The translations under genes and the position numbers were made by a program. From Patescibacteria group bacterium (lineage in GTDB: Bacteria; Patescibacteriota; Minisyncoccia; Phycocordibacterales; JAKAEA01): a DNA stretch of 64,000 nt. Under the pieces are notes generated by a model. It saw only the letters and a list, made by a program, of their open reading frames with translations, did not search any database and was not told the origin of the DNA. The stretch spans positions 846,922-910,921 of the forward strand of contig JAZKCY010000001.1 of assembly GCA_040387855.1 (NCBI GenBank). The letters are read 5' to 3'. Of the stretch, positions 47,382-58,053 are shown one piece after another (positions within the stretch are counted from its first letter, which is position 1; the number at the start of each line of letters is the position of its first letter).

Positions 47382-48435
47382 ATACGTTTAATCTTTTTTC
47401 TCGAGCAACACCTCTATTTTTTTCGACATCACTCATAAATTCGGTTAATGCTACGGCAATTGGCACTGATATAAGTACACCTAGAAATCCTCCAGCTTTA
47501 CTTCCAATTAATAAGGCAATAATGACAACAAGCGGTGGAACGTTGAGAATCTTACGAACTACAACCGGGTAAATTATATTGCTCTCAATTTGCTGTATAG
47601 CAAGATACACCAATGCGATAATTATACCAAATGTGAGTCCTCCTTGGAGGAATGCAACAAGCACGCCCGGTAATGCGCCAATAATACCGCCAAACACAGG
47701 AATAATTTCAAATATCATTGAAACAAATGCCAAAAACAAAGCATTTTTTACTCCAAGAATAGTTAGACTGATAAATACAAGGACACCCACTATGACAGCA
47801 AGGATGAGCTGTCCTTGCATCCAAATACCAATTTTATGCTGAGTACGATGCCATAAATTAATTATGTATTCTTCATGCTTTAGTGGTAATACAAGACGTA
47901 AGAAGTCTTCTACACCCTTTTCCTGCACCGCAAGATAGAAAGAGATAACAAGGGTTAATAAAAAGCTTAAGGCTCCTCCGAATATCGCAATAATTGTAGC
48001 AAGCACAGCACCACTATCACTTGTCATTCCACCAATCAGATCTTGAAGTACAGTACCAATTGATTCTACTGGTGAGAAATTCTGACTTAAGACAGGATGA
48101 GCTGCAATATCAACTGTTGATACTGAAGTCGGCAACATTTGCATCACATCAGACAATTCTTGTACAAAAGACGGTGCAATAAAATAGAAAAATGCTCCAA
48201 TAAATGTTAGTAAAATAATGTAAATAATTATTACTGAAATCAATCGTGGGATTCTTCTCCGTACAAGCCATTTGGTACCAGGTTCTATAGCAGAAGCAAT
48301 TACCACAGCCGTTAGTACAATAAGAACAATATCTCGTAAATAATAGAGCGCAAAAGCAACAAAAAGAATACCCAATACCTTTATTATAGTACCTGTACTA
48401 ATTGTAATATTTGTTGAAGGAGGAGGTAGCTGCAT
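47362..48435 (-). CDS. AI-2E family transporter (PerM/YhhT-like)
   Basis: An 8-TM protein with an AI-2E-like topology and conserved Gly-rich TM segments. Its 3' end overlaps metG by 20 nt. Confidence 0.65.
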   Translation of the reverse strand: MQLPPPSTNITISTGTIIKVLGILFVAFALYYLRDIVLIVLTAVVIASAIEPGTKWLVRRRIPRLISVIIIYIILLTFIGAFFYFIAPSFVQELSDVMQMLPTSVSTVDIAAHPVLSQNFSPVESIGTVLQDLIGGMTSDSGAVLATIIAIFGGALSFLLTLVISFYLAVQEKGVEDFLRLVLPLKHEEYIINLWHRTQHKIGIWMQGQLILAVIVGVLVFISLTILGVKNALFLAFVSMIFEIIPVFGGIIGALPGVLVAFLQGGLTFGIIIALVYLAIQQIESNIIYPVVVRKILNVPPLVVIIALLIGSKAGGFLGVLISVPIAVALTEFMSDVEKNRGVAREKRLNVYAEPEQ

Positions 48436-48461
48436 GAAGTAATACTATCATAAAGCACCTT

Positions 48462-48872
48462 CTATTTTTTAATCCCATCTTTAAGCCACGAAGAGCTTTG
48501 AATTTTACCGCCCCCAACTCCAAACACCATTTCAATATTAAGGACCGAACACACTTCAGTTTCAGGAATATCTAAGGGAGACATCGTATCCCCACCTTTA
48601 GCAAAAACATGAGGTTTAATGTGCTGAAGGGTTTTTCTCACAGTTCTATCATCATCAAGAGCAATAATAACCTCATCCACAGCTTTGAGAGCTGCTACTA
48701 TTTCAGCACGTTCGTGGGCAGTCATAAATGGCACACTCCCCTTAAGTTTTACTTGTTCATCATTATTTACGATCACTATCAAATAGTCACCCAGCTTTTT
48801 TGCTTCTTGAATCAATCTAACATGGCCCTTATGAAGGGGATTAAAATATCCCGAAGTAGCAACAATCTTCAT
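48462..48872 (-). CDS. Cytidylyltransferase-like nucleotidyltransferase (RfaE domain II / TagD family)
   Basis: The SGYFNPLHKGH HxGH motif, ...KGG... and a GGxKxQSSS tail resemble heptose-1-phosphate adenylyltransferase. Confidence 0.65.
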   Translation of the reverse strand: MKIVATSGYFNPLHKGHVRLIQEAKKLGDYLIVIVNNDEQVKLKGSVPFMTAHERAEIVAALKAVDEVIIALDDDRTVRKTLQHIKPHVFAKGGDTMSPLDIPETEVCSVLNIEMVFGVGGGKIQSSSWLKDGIKK

Positions 48873-48895
48873 ACCATAAGTATACTCTACCTTTT

Positions 48896-50164
48896 TTAAA
48901 ACGTCAGCACTTTCTTTAGTTTTTCTTCATCAAGTGTTGGTCCAACAATAGCAAGATTGAGGCTTTTATCTACAAATACTTTTCTTGCTAGCTTTTGAAT
49001 ATCTTGTGCAGTAATAGATTTATATTCTTTAATTACATCTGCAGGAGATCGCAATTCATGGCGCAGTACTTCTTGATAACCATAAAATTCAGCAAGAGAA
49101 TCAGAAGACTCTAAACCAAGATACAAACTACCAATCAAATAATCTTTGGTCTTCTGTAATTCAGCATCTGAAACAAGCTCTGTCTTTAAACGATTAAGTT
49201 CTATCATGACTGCACTAATCACTTCTTCAACTCGCTTTACATCAGATCCAACTGATACAGAAAAACATCCGTGATCAGTGTATGAATCGAGTGATGCACG
49301 TACATAATATCCCACACCCATTTCTTCACGTAATTTTTGGAATAGACGTGAACTCATACCAGCACCAAGCACCGCTGTGAGCATTCTAAATACAGGAGTT
49401 GAAGCGTGGGCAATTGGAAAACCTCGTACACCAAGCACAAGATGAGCTTGATCAGTCTTTCTATCTTCTAATTTAATTGCCGGAGCAGTTTGAGCTTCTA
49501 CTACTTTTGGCTTCTTGCCTTTTTTTGTTTTCGGCAAGTGACCAAATGTTTTCATAATATCTTGATAGACTTTTTTCTCATCAAAATTTCCAGCGACAAT
49601 CACCGTTGTTGCTTCTGGTACATAAAACTGATTTCGATAAGCAACAAAGTCATCACGTTTCATTCCCATAACAGTTTCTCGTGTCCCAGCAATTCCCCAT
49701 CCAGCTGGCTGATCACCGTACATAAGCTCGGTAAAAAGCTCTTGAACATGTCGATGTGGCATGTCTTTGTACATATTAATTTCTTCTACAATCACGCCCT
49801 TTTCTTTTTCTATTTCTTTCTGATCAAAATTGGGATTCAAATAGAGATCTGAAACCACATCAAATATTTTGTGCACATGCTTTGGTGCAGATTTTGCATA
49901 ATAGCCTGTGTATTGTTCTCCAGTAAATGCATTATACTGAGCTCCAATAGAATCAAGCTCTCGACTTAGATCCAAAGCTGTAGGTCGTTTTTCGGTACCC
50001 TTAAAACACATATGCTCTAAAAAGTGTGAGATACCGTTTTTTTCTTTTGCTTCATATTCAGAACCCGCTTCTACCATAACAAGCACTGTTACTGTTGGAT
50101 TATCTTGCATGTGAATGGTAATCACTTTCAAACCGTTTTCCAGAATTTTCTTTTTATATTTCAT
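48896..50164 (-). CDS. M16 family zinc metallopeptidase (pitrilysin-like)
   Basis: Inverted zinc-binding motif HFLEHMCFKGT (HxxEH) near the N-terminus. The length and two-domain layout fit M16. Confidence 0.85.
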   Translation of the reverse strand: MKYKKKILENGLKVITIHMQDNPTVTVLVMVEAGSEYEAKEKNGISHFLEHMCFKGTEKRPTALDLSRELDSIGAQYNAFTGEQYTGYYAKSAPKHVHKIFDVVSDLYLNPNFDQKEIEKEKGVIVEEINMYKDMPHRHVQELFTELMYGDQPAGWGIAGTRETVMGMKRDDFVAYRNQFYVPEATTVIVAGNFDEKKVYQDIMKTFGHLPKTKKGKKPKVVEAQTAPAIKLEDRKTDQAHLVLGVRGFPIAHASTPVFRMLTAVLGAGMSSRLFQKLREEMGVGYYVRASLDSYTDHGCFSVSVGSDVKRVEEVISAVMIELNRLKTELVSDAELQKTKDYLIGSLYLGLESSDSLAEFYGYQEVLRHELRSPADVIKEYKSITAQDIQKLARKVFVDKSLNLAIVGPTLDEEKLKKVLTF

Positions 50165-50243
50165 TGTTCTCTATCATACGGAAATTTTAGAATGTCACAA
50201 CCCATTTTAAATTGAGTATAAAAAAACCACCAACACGAGCGTG

Positions 50244-50525
50244 TCAGGGGTTGGGCTTGGTTGCCGGCTTGGTAGCAGCTCGACGTGCATTTACCCGGGC
50301 TTCCAGGTTCTGCTTAAATGCAGTAACTGGGTCAAATTCGGGTGATATTGGTGCTGTCGCTGCTGGTGCAGGCTGACTAGCTGGTGCCACAATTGGCTGC
50401 GCAACCTGCTCAGCCTGGGGATGGTCATCGATCATCATGTCGATTACGTAATATCCCCCAACCACAATCGCGATCAAACCGAAGCAGCCGAGAATGACGA
50501 GGAACATTCGGACGAACGTGGGCAT
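50244..50525 (-). CDS. Hypothetical small membrane-anchored Pro/Ala-rich protein (93 aa)
   Basis: N-terminal TM helix followed by a P/A/Q-rich tail. Confidence 0.4.
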   Translation of the reverse strand: MPTFVRMFLVILGCFGLIAIVVGGYYVIDMMIDDHPQAEQVAQPIVAPASQPAPAATAPISPEFDPVTAFKQNLEARVNARRAATKPATKPNP

Positions 50526-50596
50526 GGAGATTTCTCCTGTACGAGGTATGGGTCGAGTCCTATTAAGAGCCTACATTACCTCTAAGTTCAGGTCAA

Positions 50597-51961
50597 TTAG
50601 AGATACTTTAGCAATTCAGTTAAAGCGACTCTCTCCTGCTTTCCTGTATCACGATCTCTTACCGTTACAGTCTCATTTTCAAGGGTATCAAAATCAATAG
50701 TTACACACCACGGAGTTCCAATTTCATCTTGTCGGCGGTATCGCTTTCCAATATTCCCGTTATCATCAAATGCAACACCTGGCATTGCTTTTCTCAAGCT
50801 CATATAGACCTCACGAGCTTTTTCTACAAGCGCAGGTTTATTCTTAAGCAATGGAAATACAGCAACTCGCACAGGAGCTACATTTGGAGAAAGTTTGAGA
50901 TACACACGCTTCTCGCCCCCAAGTTCATCTTCAGTATAGGCATCACCAAGGACGGCAAGCAAAAGTCTTCCCAGACCAAATGTAGGCTCTATTACATGTG
51001 GGATATATCGTTCTTTTGCTTCTTCATCATAGTAGCTGAGATCTACTTTTGAATGTTCAGTATGTTTCTTCAAATCGTAATCTGTTCGATAAGCTAAACC
51101 TAAAAGTTCTTTCTGGCCAATTGGGAAATCAAATTCGGTATCAACACTAAATTTAGAGTAGTGTGCCCGATCTGCTTCTGGGATTTCAACTTGATGAATC
51201 TTTTCAGCTGTAAGGCCTAAATCCTCAGTGAGAAATTCAACTTGCTCTTTCTGAAACGCTTTAAAAATTCCTTCCCATTCAGTAGGCTTCACGAAATATT
51301 CAATTTCCATTTGTTCAAGTTCTCGCACACGGAAAATAAAATCTCGAGGTGCAATTTCGTTACGGAATGCTTTTCCTACTTGTGCCATACCAAAAGGTAG
51401 CGTTGGATGAAAGGTATCTAAAATATTTTTGAAGTTTACAAACATACCCTGAGCAGTTTCAGGTCGAAGGTATGAAATTGATGATTCATCTTCCATAGCA
51501 CCAATATGTGTTTTAAACATCATATTAAACTGCCGAACGTCGCCCAGAGCATTACCATCAGGACTCTTAATTCCCTTTTCTTTTATAAGTGCATCCATCT
51601 GTGACAACGTCATTCCTTTTGGATCTACTCCAGTCTCTTCTAAAAGATGATCTGCTCGGAAACGCTTCTTTGTTTTAACATCCTCTACCAATGGATCAGA
51701 AAACCCATCAACATGGCCTGAAGCTTTCCATACATTTGGATTCATCAAAATCGCTGCATCCATTCCATACATATCGTCGCGCATATCTACAAAGCGCTTC
51801 CACCATAGATTCTGAATATTATTTTTTAGTTTTACGCCTAATGGCCCGTAATCCCAGGTACCAGCAAGACCACCGTAAATTTCTGAGCCTTGGTAAATAA
51901 AACCACGGCGCTTCGCAAGCGATATGAGTTTCTCCATTATTGTTTCTTGTTTTTCTGCCAT
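50597..51961 (-). CDS. glyS: Glycyl-tRNA synthetase (dimeric alpha2 type)
   Basis: The N-terminus ...KRRGFIYQGSEIYGGLAGTWDYGPLGVKLKNN... is the hallmark of eukaryote/archaeal-type GlyRS. Class II motifs are present. Confidence 0.9.
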   Translation of the reverse strand: MAEKQETIMEKLISLAKRRGFIYQGSEIYGGLAGTWDYGPLGVKLKNNIQNLWWKRFVDMRDDMYGMDAAILMNPNVWKASGHVDGFSDPLVEDVKTKKRFRADHLLEETGVDPKGMTLSQMDALIKEKGIKSPDGNALGDVRQFNMMFKTHIGAMEDESSISYLRPETAQGMFVNFKNILDTFHPTLPFGMAQVGKAFRNEIAPRDFIFRVRELEQMEIEYFVKPTEWEGIFKAFQKEQVEFLTEDLGLTAEKIHQVEIPEADRAHYSKFSVDTEFDFPIGQKELLGLAYRTDYDLKKHTEHSKVDLSYYDEEAKERYIPHVIEPTFGLGRLLLAVLGDAYTEDELGGEKRVYLKLSPNVAPVRVAVFPLLKNKPALVEKAREVYMSLRKAMPGVAFDDNGNIGKRYRRQDEIGTPWCVTIDFDTLENETVTVRDRDTGKQERVALTELLKYL

Positions 51962-51972
51962 TGAAGTAATTA

Positions 51973-53886
51973 TTATGGTCGTACTGGACCGTCTCTTGTA
52001 CTGTAATTTGGATCAGCTATAAGTGAACTATTAAGCTTAAGTCCCGATACATTAATTTGTTGAGATGTAAACACATCAATACCCTTAAACGTAATATCAT
52101 CCATGATTACTGGGGTTGAATTGATCTGACTAAATACTGGCGAATACTCTACCTGAAAAGCGACTTCTCGTGAAGGTTTTCCAGCTTCGCCAGCTGGAAT
52201 ATCGCCTACTCGCCAGACTACCTCATTTCGCTCAGGAATGAAAGTTATATTTTCATTGCTTGGGCTTGTAGTACCAACCCAGCGGACAGAACTTGGCATA
52301 AATCCTCGAACCTCCGCTTCTCGCACTCCGTTTGCTGGCTGAGACAACGTAAGATACACGGTATACGTTGTTTTTTGATCAGCTCGCATTGGAATAGGTC
52401 CACTATTTTTAAATGGACCAATTGAGTACACCAATCGTGGAGAAAGATTTATGAGAGACTGGACTTTTACATTTCGTGACCCAACTGAAGTGATAAGTCG
52501 TTCAGCTCCCACTGTACTTGCAGTAGATGTCATTTTCATCGTGATAGTTCCATTTTTTAGTGCAGCTAATGCAGAATTTGAAAGTGTTCCAAGATTGAAC
52601 CCAACGGTAATCATTTCACCCGGATCAATAACATCAAGTTCGTTATAGGTTGTTCTATCCCATGTAAGTGTTTTTGTCGTGAGATTATACAAAGCACCTC
52701 TACCATTTGGACTCTGAGGGTTTAATGCAGAACCGCTAAACGTAACCATTATCTTTCCATCAATAAGTGGCGTCGCATTATTATTTGTGATTCTAATAGT
52801 TCCGCCGACACTTGTTGATGGTGCTATCACAACATCTTTTCCAGTTGATCCTTCAAGTGTGATTTGCATCGCCAATGGCGGCTTCTTAATAAATACAGAT
52901 TCAGAAGACGCTAAATACGTAGTTACAATTGCTTTTTCATCAGCAGCATTTCCTGTTCCTGCTGTAAATCTAAATATTCTCTCATCATTTTCTTCACCTT
53001 CAGCGCGACCTGTAATTGTAATAGTTTGTTTTTCTCCTGGCTTTAATCGATCAAATTTCCAAATATTTGTATCAAATGTAGCAACGGGACTTGCTGAAAC
53101 AACTTCAAATCCAAATGGGTAATCTGCTCGAACAATCAGATTGTCTATTGGAACACTCGTATTTGAAACAACATCGATGCTAAATGTAAGTTCCTGACCT
53201 GAAGGTACTTCTGGAGGATTATTTACGGTAATAGTAAGAGGTGTTGATACTATTGCTACTTTGTAGGTTTTTTCTTTCTTAAATAGTCCGTTTGAATTAT
53301 TAACCCCGTACTCAAGAGTAATGTTAATATCTCGCATATCGTTTACTTGTCCAAAAAGGATAGCTCGAACAGTTCTTCGTAGCTGGGTCTTTGCTGCTAC
53401 ATCACCCAATTCTTCTTTGGTATGAAGTAAATCTTGAGTTATATCAACTGCATTTTTAGTACCATTGGGATAATCAATATATACCTGAGCATCTAAAAGT
53501 GGTGTGGCATTTTGGTTATCTACGATCACATCAAATGCTAGTTCATCACCAGCACCAACTGATACAGGGCCAACAAATTCAACATTTACTTTATCTGACG
53601 AAACAATATTAAAACCTCCATAAAATACAAAAGCTGCAGCACCTGCAGATATAACGAAGAATAATACAGAAATAATAAAAATCTTTTTAAAGAAAGATCC
53701 TGCTCGGGCTTGAGGAACAGTGCTTACATATTCAGACTTCTTTGGCTGCTCATGCTGCCATTCTGTATTAACATTAAGATCTGGATGGGAAAAACCGGAA
53801 CGTGCAGTGACATCATTAGTAAATTTTTGTTCATAGATCTTTTGTTCAAGATCTTCTACGCTGTGACTCTTTTTAGGATCCTCCAT
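51973..53886 (-). CDS. Hypothetical membrane-anchored protein with a large repetitive beta-rich extracytoplasmic region (637 aa)
   Basis: About 70 cytoplasmic residues, one TM helix (IFIISVLFFVISAGAAAFVFY), then repeated domains of about 100 aa. Confidence 0.5.
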   Translation of the reverse strand: MEDPKKSHSVEDLEQKIYEQKFTNDVTARSGFSHPDLNVNTEWQHEQPKKSEYVSTVPQARAGSFFKKIFIISVLFFVISAGAAAFVFYGGFNIVSSDKVNVEFVGPVSVGAGDELAFDVIVDNQNATPLLDAQVYIDYPNGTKNAVDITQDLLHTKEELGDVAAKTQLRRTVRAILFGQVNDMRDINITLEYGVNNSNGLFKKEKTYKVAIVSTPLTITVNNPPEVPSGQELTFSIDVVSNTSVPIDNLIVRADYPFGFEVVSASPVATFDTNIWKFDRLKPGEKQTITITGRAEGEENDERIFRFTAGTGNAADEKAIVTTYLASSESVFIKKPPLAMQITLEGSTGKDVVIAPSTSVGGTIRITNNNATPLIDGKIMVTFSGSALNPQSPNGRGALYNLTTKTLTWDRTTYNELDVIDPGEMITVGFNLGTLSNSALAALKNGTITMKMTSTASTVGAERLITSVGSRNVKVQSLINLSPRLVYSIGPFKNSGPIPMRADQKTTYTVYLTLSQPANGVREAEVRGFMPSSVRWVGTTSPSNENITFIPERNEVVWRVGDIPAGEAGKPSREVAFQVEYSPVFSQINSTPVIMDDITFKGIDVFTSQQINVSGLKLNSSLIADPNYSTRDGPVRP

Positions 53887-53905
53887 ATACCTATAGTATA
53901 CACGA

Positions 53906-54496
53906 CTAGAGCTGTGTTTCGCGAATAGAACTGTTGATTGCGTTGAGAGCTATTTTTTTCTTATCGATCATCTCTGTTAATAAATCTTTACTCCAAACGC
54001 TAGAAAGAAACTGCACAAGTTCTGCCTGTGAACTCATATATCCAAGTTCTTTTAAGATTCTGAGTACTAAAATTCTTTCAAAAGCCTTTATTTCTTCTTC
54101 AAACAATTCTTGCTGTTCCAAAAATTCAAAGCTTTGTTGCAACATAACGAATAACTCTTCATCCTTTTGCTCTCCTGGAATAAATCTTTTTAAAAGTGAA
54201 AAAACATGAGCAAACACAAGAATTATATTTTTCTTATCAAGATATGTATGATAATAATTTTCTTCAGCCTTAGCATTTGTTATACGCCAAATATCTTTAC
54301 CACGTACAATAGAAACTCGCGCTAATGATAAGTCTTGTAATGCTGCTTTTAATTTAGATTTAGAAAGTCGCACACCTTGAGCCGTAGCACGGACCATTCC
54401 CAAATCTTTGGTAAATACCCAATATACGCGGTTGGCTTCACCAGAGGGCTGGCTATCTAAAATAAATCCAAGTGTAGTATAAACATGATGAGCCAT
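53906..54496 (-). CDS. recO: DNA repair protein RecO (short form)
   Basis: The N-terminal OB-fold region ...YTTLGFILDSQPSGEANRVYWVFTKDLGMVRATAQGVR... matches the RecO N-terminus. Its start overlaps the ileS stop by 1 nt. Confidence 0.6.
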   Translation of the reverse strand: MAHHVYTTLGFILDSQPSGEANRVYWVFTKDLGMVRATAQGVRLSKSKLKAALQDLSLARVSIVRGKDIWRITNAKAEENYYHTYLDKKNIILVFAHVFSLLKRFIPGEQKDEELFVMLQQSFEFLEQQELFEEEIKAFERILVLRILKELGYMSSQAELVQFLSSVWSKDLLTEMIDKKKIALNAINSSIRETQL

Positions 54497-57400
54497 TATT
54501 TCTGAAGCGAAAGTTTGAATGTAAGATCCTCGATCTTTAATTCTTCACCTTCTACTTCAGAAAATACGACGTCGCGTACCTGAGCAACTTTCATTATGTC
54601 TGATTTAAATTTTTCTATTATAGATTTCCCCGTGTCTGATGTATCTACTGTAAGGGTCACAAAGTCGTGTGGATTTAATCCTGCGTTCTTTCGAGCTTCT
54701 TGTAGTGCTCGCATAAAATCTCGAGCTAAACCTTCTTCTTTAAGTTCTGGAGTAATTGTTGTATCAAGATTTAATTCATCCCCAAATATCACTTCTTTCA
54801 CATTTAATTCATCAGCAATTATTTGTTTGAATTGTTGATTATCTACTAATGATTTTTCTGCAATTGTAAGTTTTGAGAGAGGCTGACGCACTTTAACTCC
54901 TGCTTTTGATCTTACCTCTAGAGCTGTAGAAACAAGATTTCTCACTTCTTGCATCTGCACAATAACGTTTTGATTAATTACGTTACTTCCCGGCCATGAT
55001 TCTAAATGCACACTTTCTTTACCATCTGTTCCCTTCACTTTCTGATAGATGTCCTCTGCTAGGAACGGCATAAAAGGCGCTACAAGCTTCGACAGCTCAC
55101 GCAAAACATACTGAGTGGTATAGAGAGCATTTTCTTTATCTTGTGCGTCGTCGCCCTTAAATCGGTCACGAGAACGGCGGAGATACCATGTTGAAAGATC
55201 ATCGACAAATTGCATAAATGGTCGAGCTGCACGATCGAGCTTATAGCTTTCAAGATTTGTCGTCACTTCCTGAGACACTTCATTAAGTCGAGCTAGAATC
55301 CATTGATCTAATACATTAGTTGTAGAATTTCCTGTACCTGTGTAGTCACGTTCGTAGGTAGCAAAAAATGAGTACACATTTTGAAGGCGCATCAATACTT
55401 TCTTTGAAATTTCATCAACACCCTTTTCTGTAAAAGCTAAATCTTCTGCACGTACTGCAGGTGATGCAAGTAAATAGTAACGCATTGCGTCAGCCCCGTA
55501 CTTATCGAAAATATAACTAACTTCAGGGTAGTTCTTGAGTCTCTTCGACATTTTCTGGCCATCCTCTGCTAGCACAATTCCGTTTACAATTACATTCTTA
55601 TATGGAGCTTTTCCAAACAAAGCTACTGAGAGCACCAATAATGAATAAAACCATCCTCGAGTCTGATCTTGGCCTTCAGCAATAAAATCAGCCGGGAATC
55701 GTTTACCAGAATCTATAAGCTCTTTATTTTCAAATGGATAGTGAAGCTGACCATACGGCATTGATCCTGATTCATACCACGTATCAAATACTTCAGGCAC
55801 TCGCTTAAATGTTCCTCCACAGTCGCAGGCAAATGCTACTTCGTCGATAAATGGTCGATGGAGATCTATTTGATACGCTCTATTATGTGGAAGCTGCGCA
55901 AAATCTAAGGGTGATTCTTGACCTGGTGTAAGAAAGTTGCGATCCATTCCCCATAGTTCAATAATCTTTTCATCATGTCCTCCTTCAGCCACCGCAAAGA
56001 GCATAGTTGCAGGACCATCATGTGTTACAAGTAAAATGTTTTTACCTTCATATTTTGCATCAATGTCATAGATAAAATCACCAATGCGTGCTCGTACATC
56101 AGTGAGATTTTCACCTCCAGGTAGTGACTTTGTAAGTCGTTCTTTTACAGAGCCAAAGTACCGATGATATTCTTCAACAGTTTTACCGTTGTAATCTCCA
56201 AAATTAAATTCTTGGATTCGATCATCGGAAAGTCGTTCTCCTTTAAATGCAATTGTTTCAGTAACGACATCGGCTGTCTCTTGAGTACGTACGCATGGTG
56301 ATGCGATTATGATATCTATATTTTTATCTTTAAGCGCTTCTGCTGAAAGTTGTGCTTGTTCTCTACCATGATCAGTAAGATGGTGTGGAAATTTTGGATC
56401 GCAGCTCAAAATATTGGCTACATTGTGATCAGCCTCTCCATGTCTCATCACAAAATAGGTGTTGCGCTTTGTTTTCTTTTTAAGATCAGATAGTGATCCC
56501 ATTACTTCAGTTTTTCCACATTCTTTACAGATCCATACCGGAAGTGGCGCGCCCCAATAGCGAGATCGTGAAATTGCCCAATCACGAGCATTTTCAAGCC
56601 ATTTTCCAAAGCGGTTTTCTCCAATTTCTGGTGGCACCCAGGTTACCTTTTTATTTTCTTCTACGAGTTTATCTTTAAATTCAGTGACTTTTACAAACCA
56701 TGAGCTAGAAGCATAGTTTAGAAGTGGTGTATCACATCGCCAACAATGTGGGTATGAGTGAATAAGCTTTTCTTTTGCAAAAAGTGTTCCCTTTCCAGCT
56801 AAATATTTTATAACTTCGATATCCGCCTTTTGATGAGCTATAGGATCCTCTTTTGTTGCTTTTGCTTTAACTTTTGTGCCAGCAAAATCTGTTACTTCTT
56901 TTTTAAAAGTCCCGTCAGTGTTTACATGCTGAATGAAAGGTAAATTTTCTTTAACAGACAAAAGATAGTCATCTTCTCCAAACGCTGGAGCAATATGCAC
57001 AACTCCTGTTCCATCTGTTGTAGTTACAAATTCCCCTCCTACTATTTTCCATGCATTTTCTTTGTTCTTAAGATCTGCGTTTACGTAATAATCAAATACA
57101 GGCTTATATGTTTTTCCTAGCAAATCAGCGCCTAAAAATTCAGAAACTATTTCTGGATTCTTACTCTTGAATTTATCTTTAGATTTTTCTAATAAATCTT
57201 TTGCAAATATATAGTGAGTTTTACTATTTGATTCAGGATCAGTATCTTTTACTTTTACATAGGTTACATCTGGCTTTACTGCAAGTGCTGCGTTTCCTGG
57301 AAGTGTCCATGGAGTTGTTGTCCAAGCCACCACAAATGTACCTGGTTCATCTACAAGTTCAAACTTTGCATACACAGAAATATCTGTGATGTCTTTATAT

Positions 57401-58014
57401 CCCTGTGTTACTTCAAAGTTTGAAAGTGTTGTCTCACAATGAGGACACAGCGACATTGATTTAAATCCTTGATAGATCAGGTTTTTATCATGCAACGTTT
57501 TGAAAGACCACCAGATAGATTCAGAATACTTCCAATCCATAGTCTTATAGGCATTCTCCATGTCGATGAAGCGGCCTGTTCGAGGAATTATTGCTTTCCA
57601 TTCATGATCATACCGGAGCACACTTTCACGAGCTTTATCATTAAACTTTTCTATTCCCAATTCTTCAATATCTTTTTTACTCTTAAGACCTAATTCTTTT
57701 TCAACTAAGTTTTCGATTGGAAGTCCATGCGTATCCCATCCCCATCGTCGAGGTACATGAAAGCCATTCATAGTTTTATACCGAGGAATCACATCCTTCA
57801 TTGTTCCAGGTAAAATGTGACCATAGTGAGGAGCACCTGTAGCAAAAGGAGGACCATCAAAAAACATATAATTACCTTGTGGAGAATCTTTCTCTAATGT
57901 TTTTTCAAAGATGTTGTTTGCTTGCCAAAACGCAAGAAGCTCTTCTTCTCGTTGTACTAAAGCACTTTTTTCCGGCATTACTGCTGGTTTTTGAGGTTGT
58001 TCTTTATCAGCCAT
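54496..58014 (-). CDS. ileS: Isoleucyl-tRNA synthetase, eukaryote/archaeal type, carrying an inserted histidine-phosphatase (PGAM-like) domain
   Basis: DGPPFATGAPHYGHIL (the type-2 IleRS HIGH motif), WRCDTP, YWGAPLPVWICKECG, EVFDTWYESGSMPY and KMSKRLKNYP are all present. Between the Zn/CP segment and the DTWY motif, residues about 515-715 contain RHGE...HDG, the histidine phosphatase signature. Confidence 0.9.
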   Translation of the reverse strand: MADKEQPQKPAVMPEKSALVQREEELLAFWQANNIFEKTLEKDSPQGNYMFFDGPPFATGAPHYGHILPGTMKDVIPRYKTMNGFHVPRRWGWDTHGLPIENLVEKELGLKSKKDIEELGIEKFNDKARESVLRYDHEWKAIIPRTGRFIDMENAYKTMDWKYSESIWWSFKTLHDKNLIYQGFKSMSLCPHCETTLSNFEVTQGYKDITDISVYAKFELVDEPGTFVVAWTTTPWTLPGNAALAVKPDVTYVKVKDTDPESNSKTHYIFAKDLLEKSKDKFKSKNPEIVSEFLGADLLGKTYKPVFDYYVNADLKNKENAWKIVGGEFVTTTDGTGVVHIAPAFGEDDYLLSVKENLPFIQHVNTDGTFKKEVTDFAGTKVKAKATKEDPIAHQKADIEVIKYLAGKGTLFAKEKLIHSYPHCWRCDTPLLNYASSSWFVKVTEFKDKLVEENKKVTWVPPEIGENRFGKWLENARDWAISRSRYWGAPLPVWICKECGKTEVMGSLSDLKKKTKRNTYFVMRHGEADHNVANILSCDPKFPHHLTDHGREQAQLSAEALKDKNIDIIIASPCVRTQETADVVTETIAFKGERLSDDRIQEFNFGDYNGKTVEEYHRYFGSVKERLTKSLPGGENLTDVRARIGDFIYDIDAKYEGKNILLVTHDGPATMLFAVAEGGHDEKIIELWGMDRNFLTPGQESPLDFAQLPHNRAYQIDLHRPFIDEVAFACDCGGTFKRVPEVFDTWYESGSMPYGQLHYPFENKELIDSGKRFPADFIAEGQDQTRGWFYSLLVLSVALFGKAPYKNVIVNGIVLAEDGQKMSKRLKNYPEVSYIFDKYGADAMRYYLLASPAVRAEDLAFTEKGVDEISKKVLMRLQNVYSFFATYERDYTGTGNSTTNVLDQWILARLNEVSQEVTTNLESYKLDRAARPFMQFVDDLSTWYLRRSRDRFKGDDAQDKENALYTTQYVLRELSKLVAPFMPFLAEDIYQKVKGTDGKESVHLESWPGSNVINQNVIVQMQEVRNLVSTALEVRSKAGVKVRQPLSKLTIAEKSLVDNQQFKQIIADELNVKEVIFGDELNLDTTITPELKEEGLARDFMRALQEARKNAGLNPHDFVTLTVDTSDTGKSIIEKFKSDIMKVAQVRDVVFSEVEGEELKIEDLTFKLSLQK

Positions 58015-58053
58015 TGTGGCTCAAATACTAGCATTTTTTAGGCTAATATCAAA

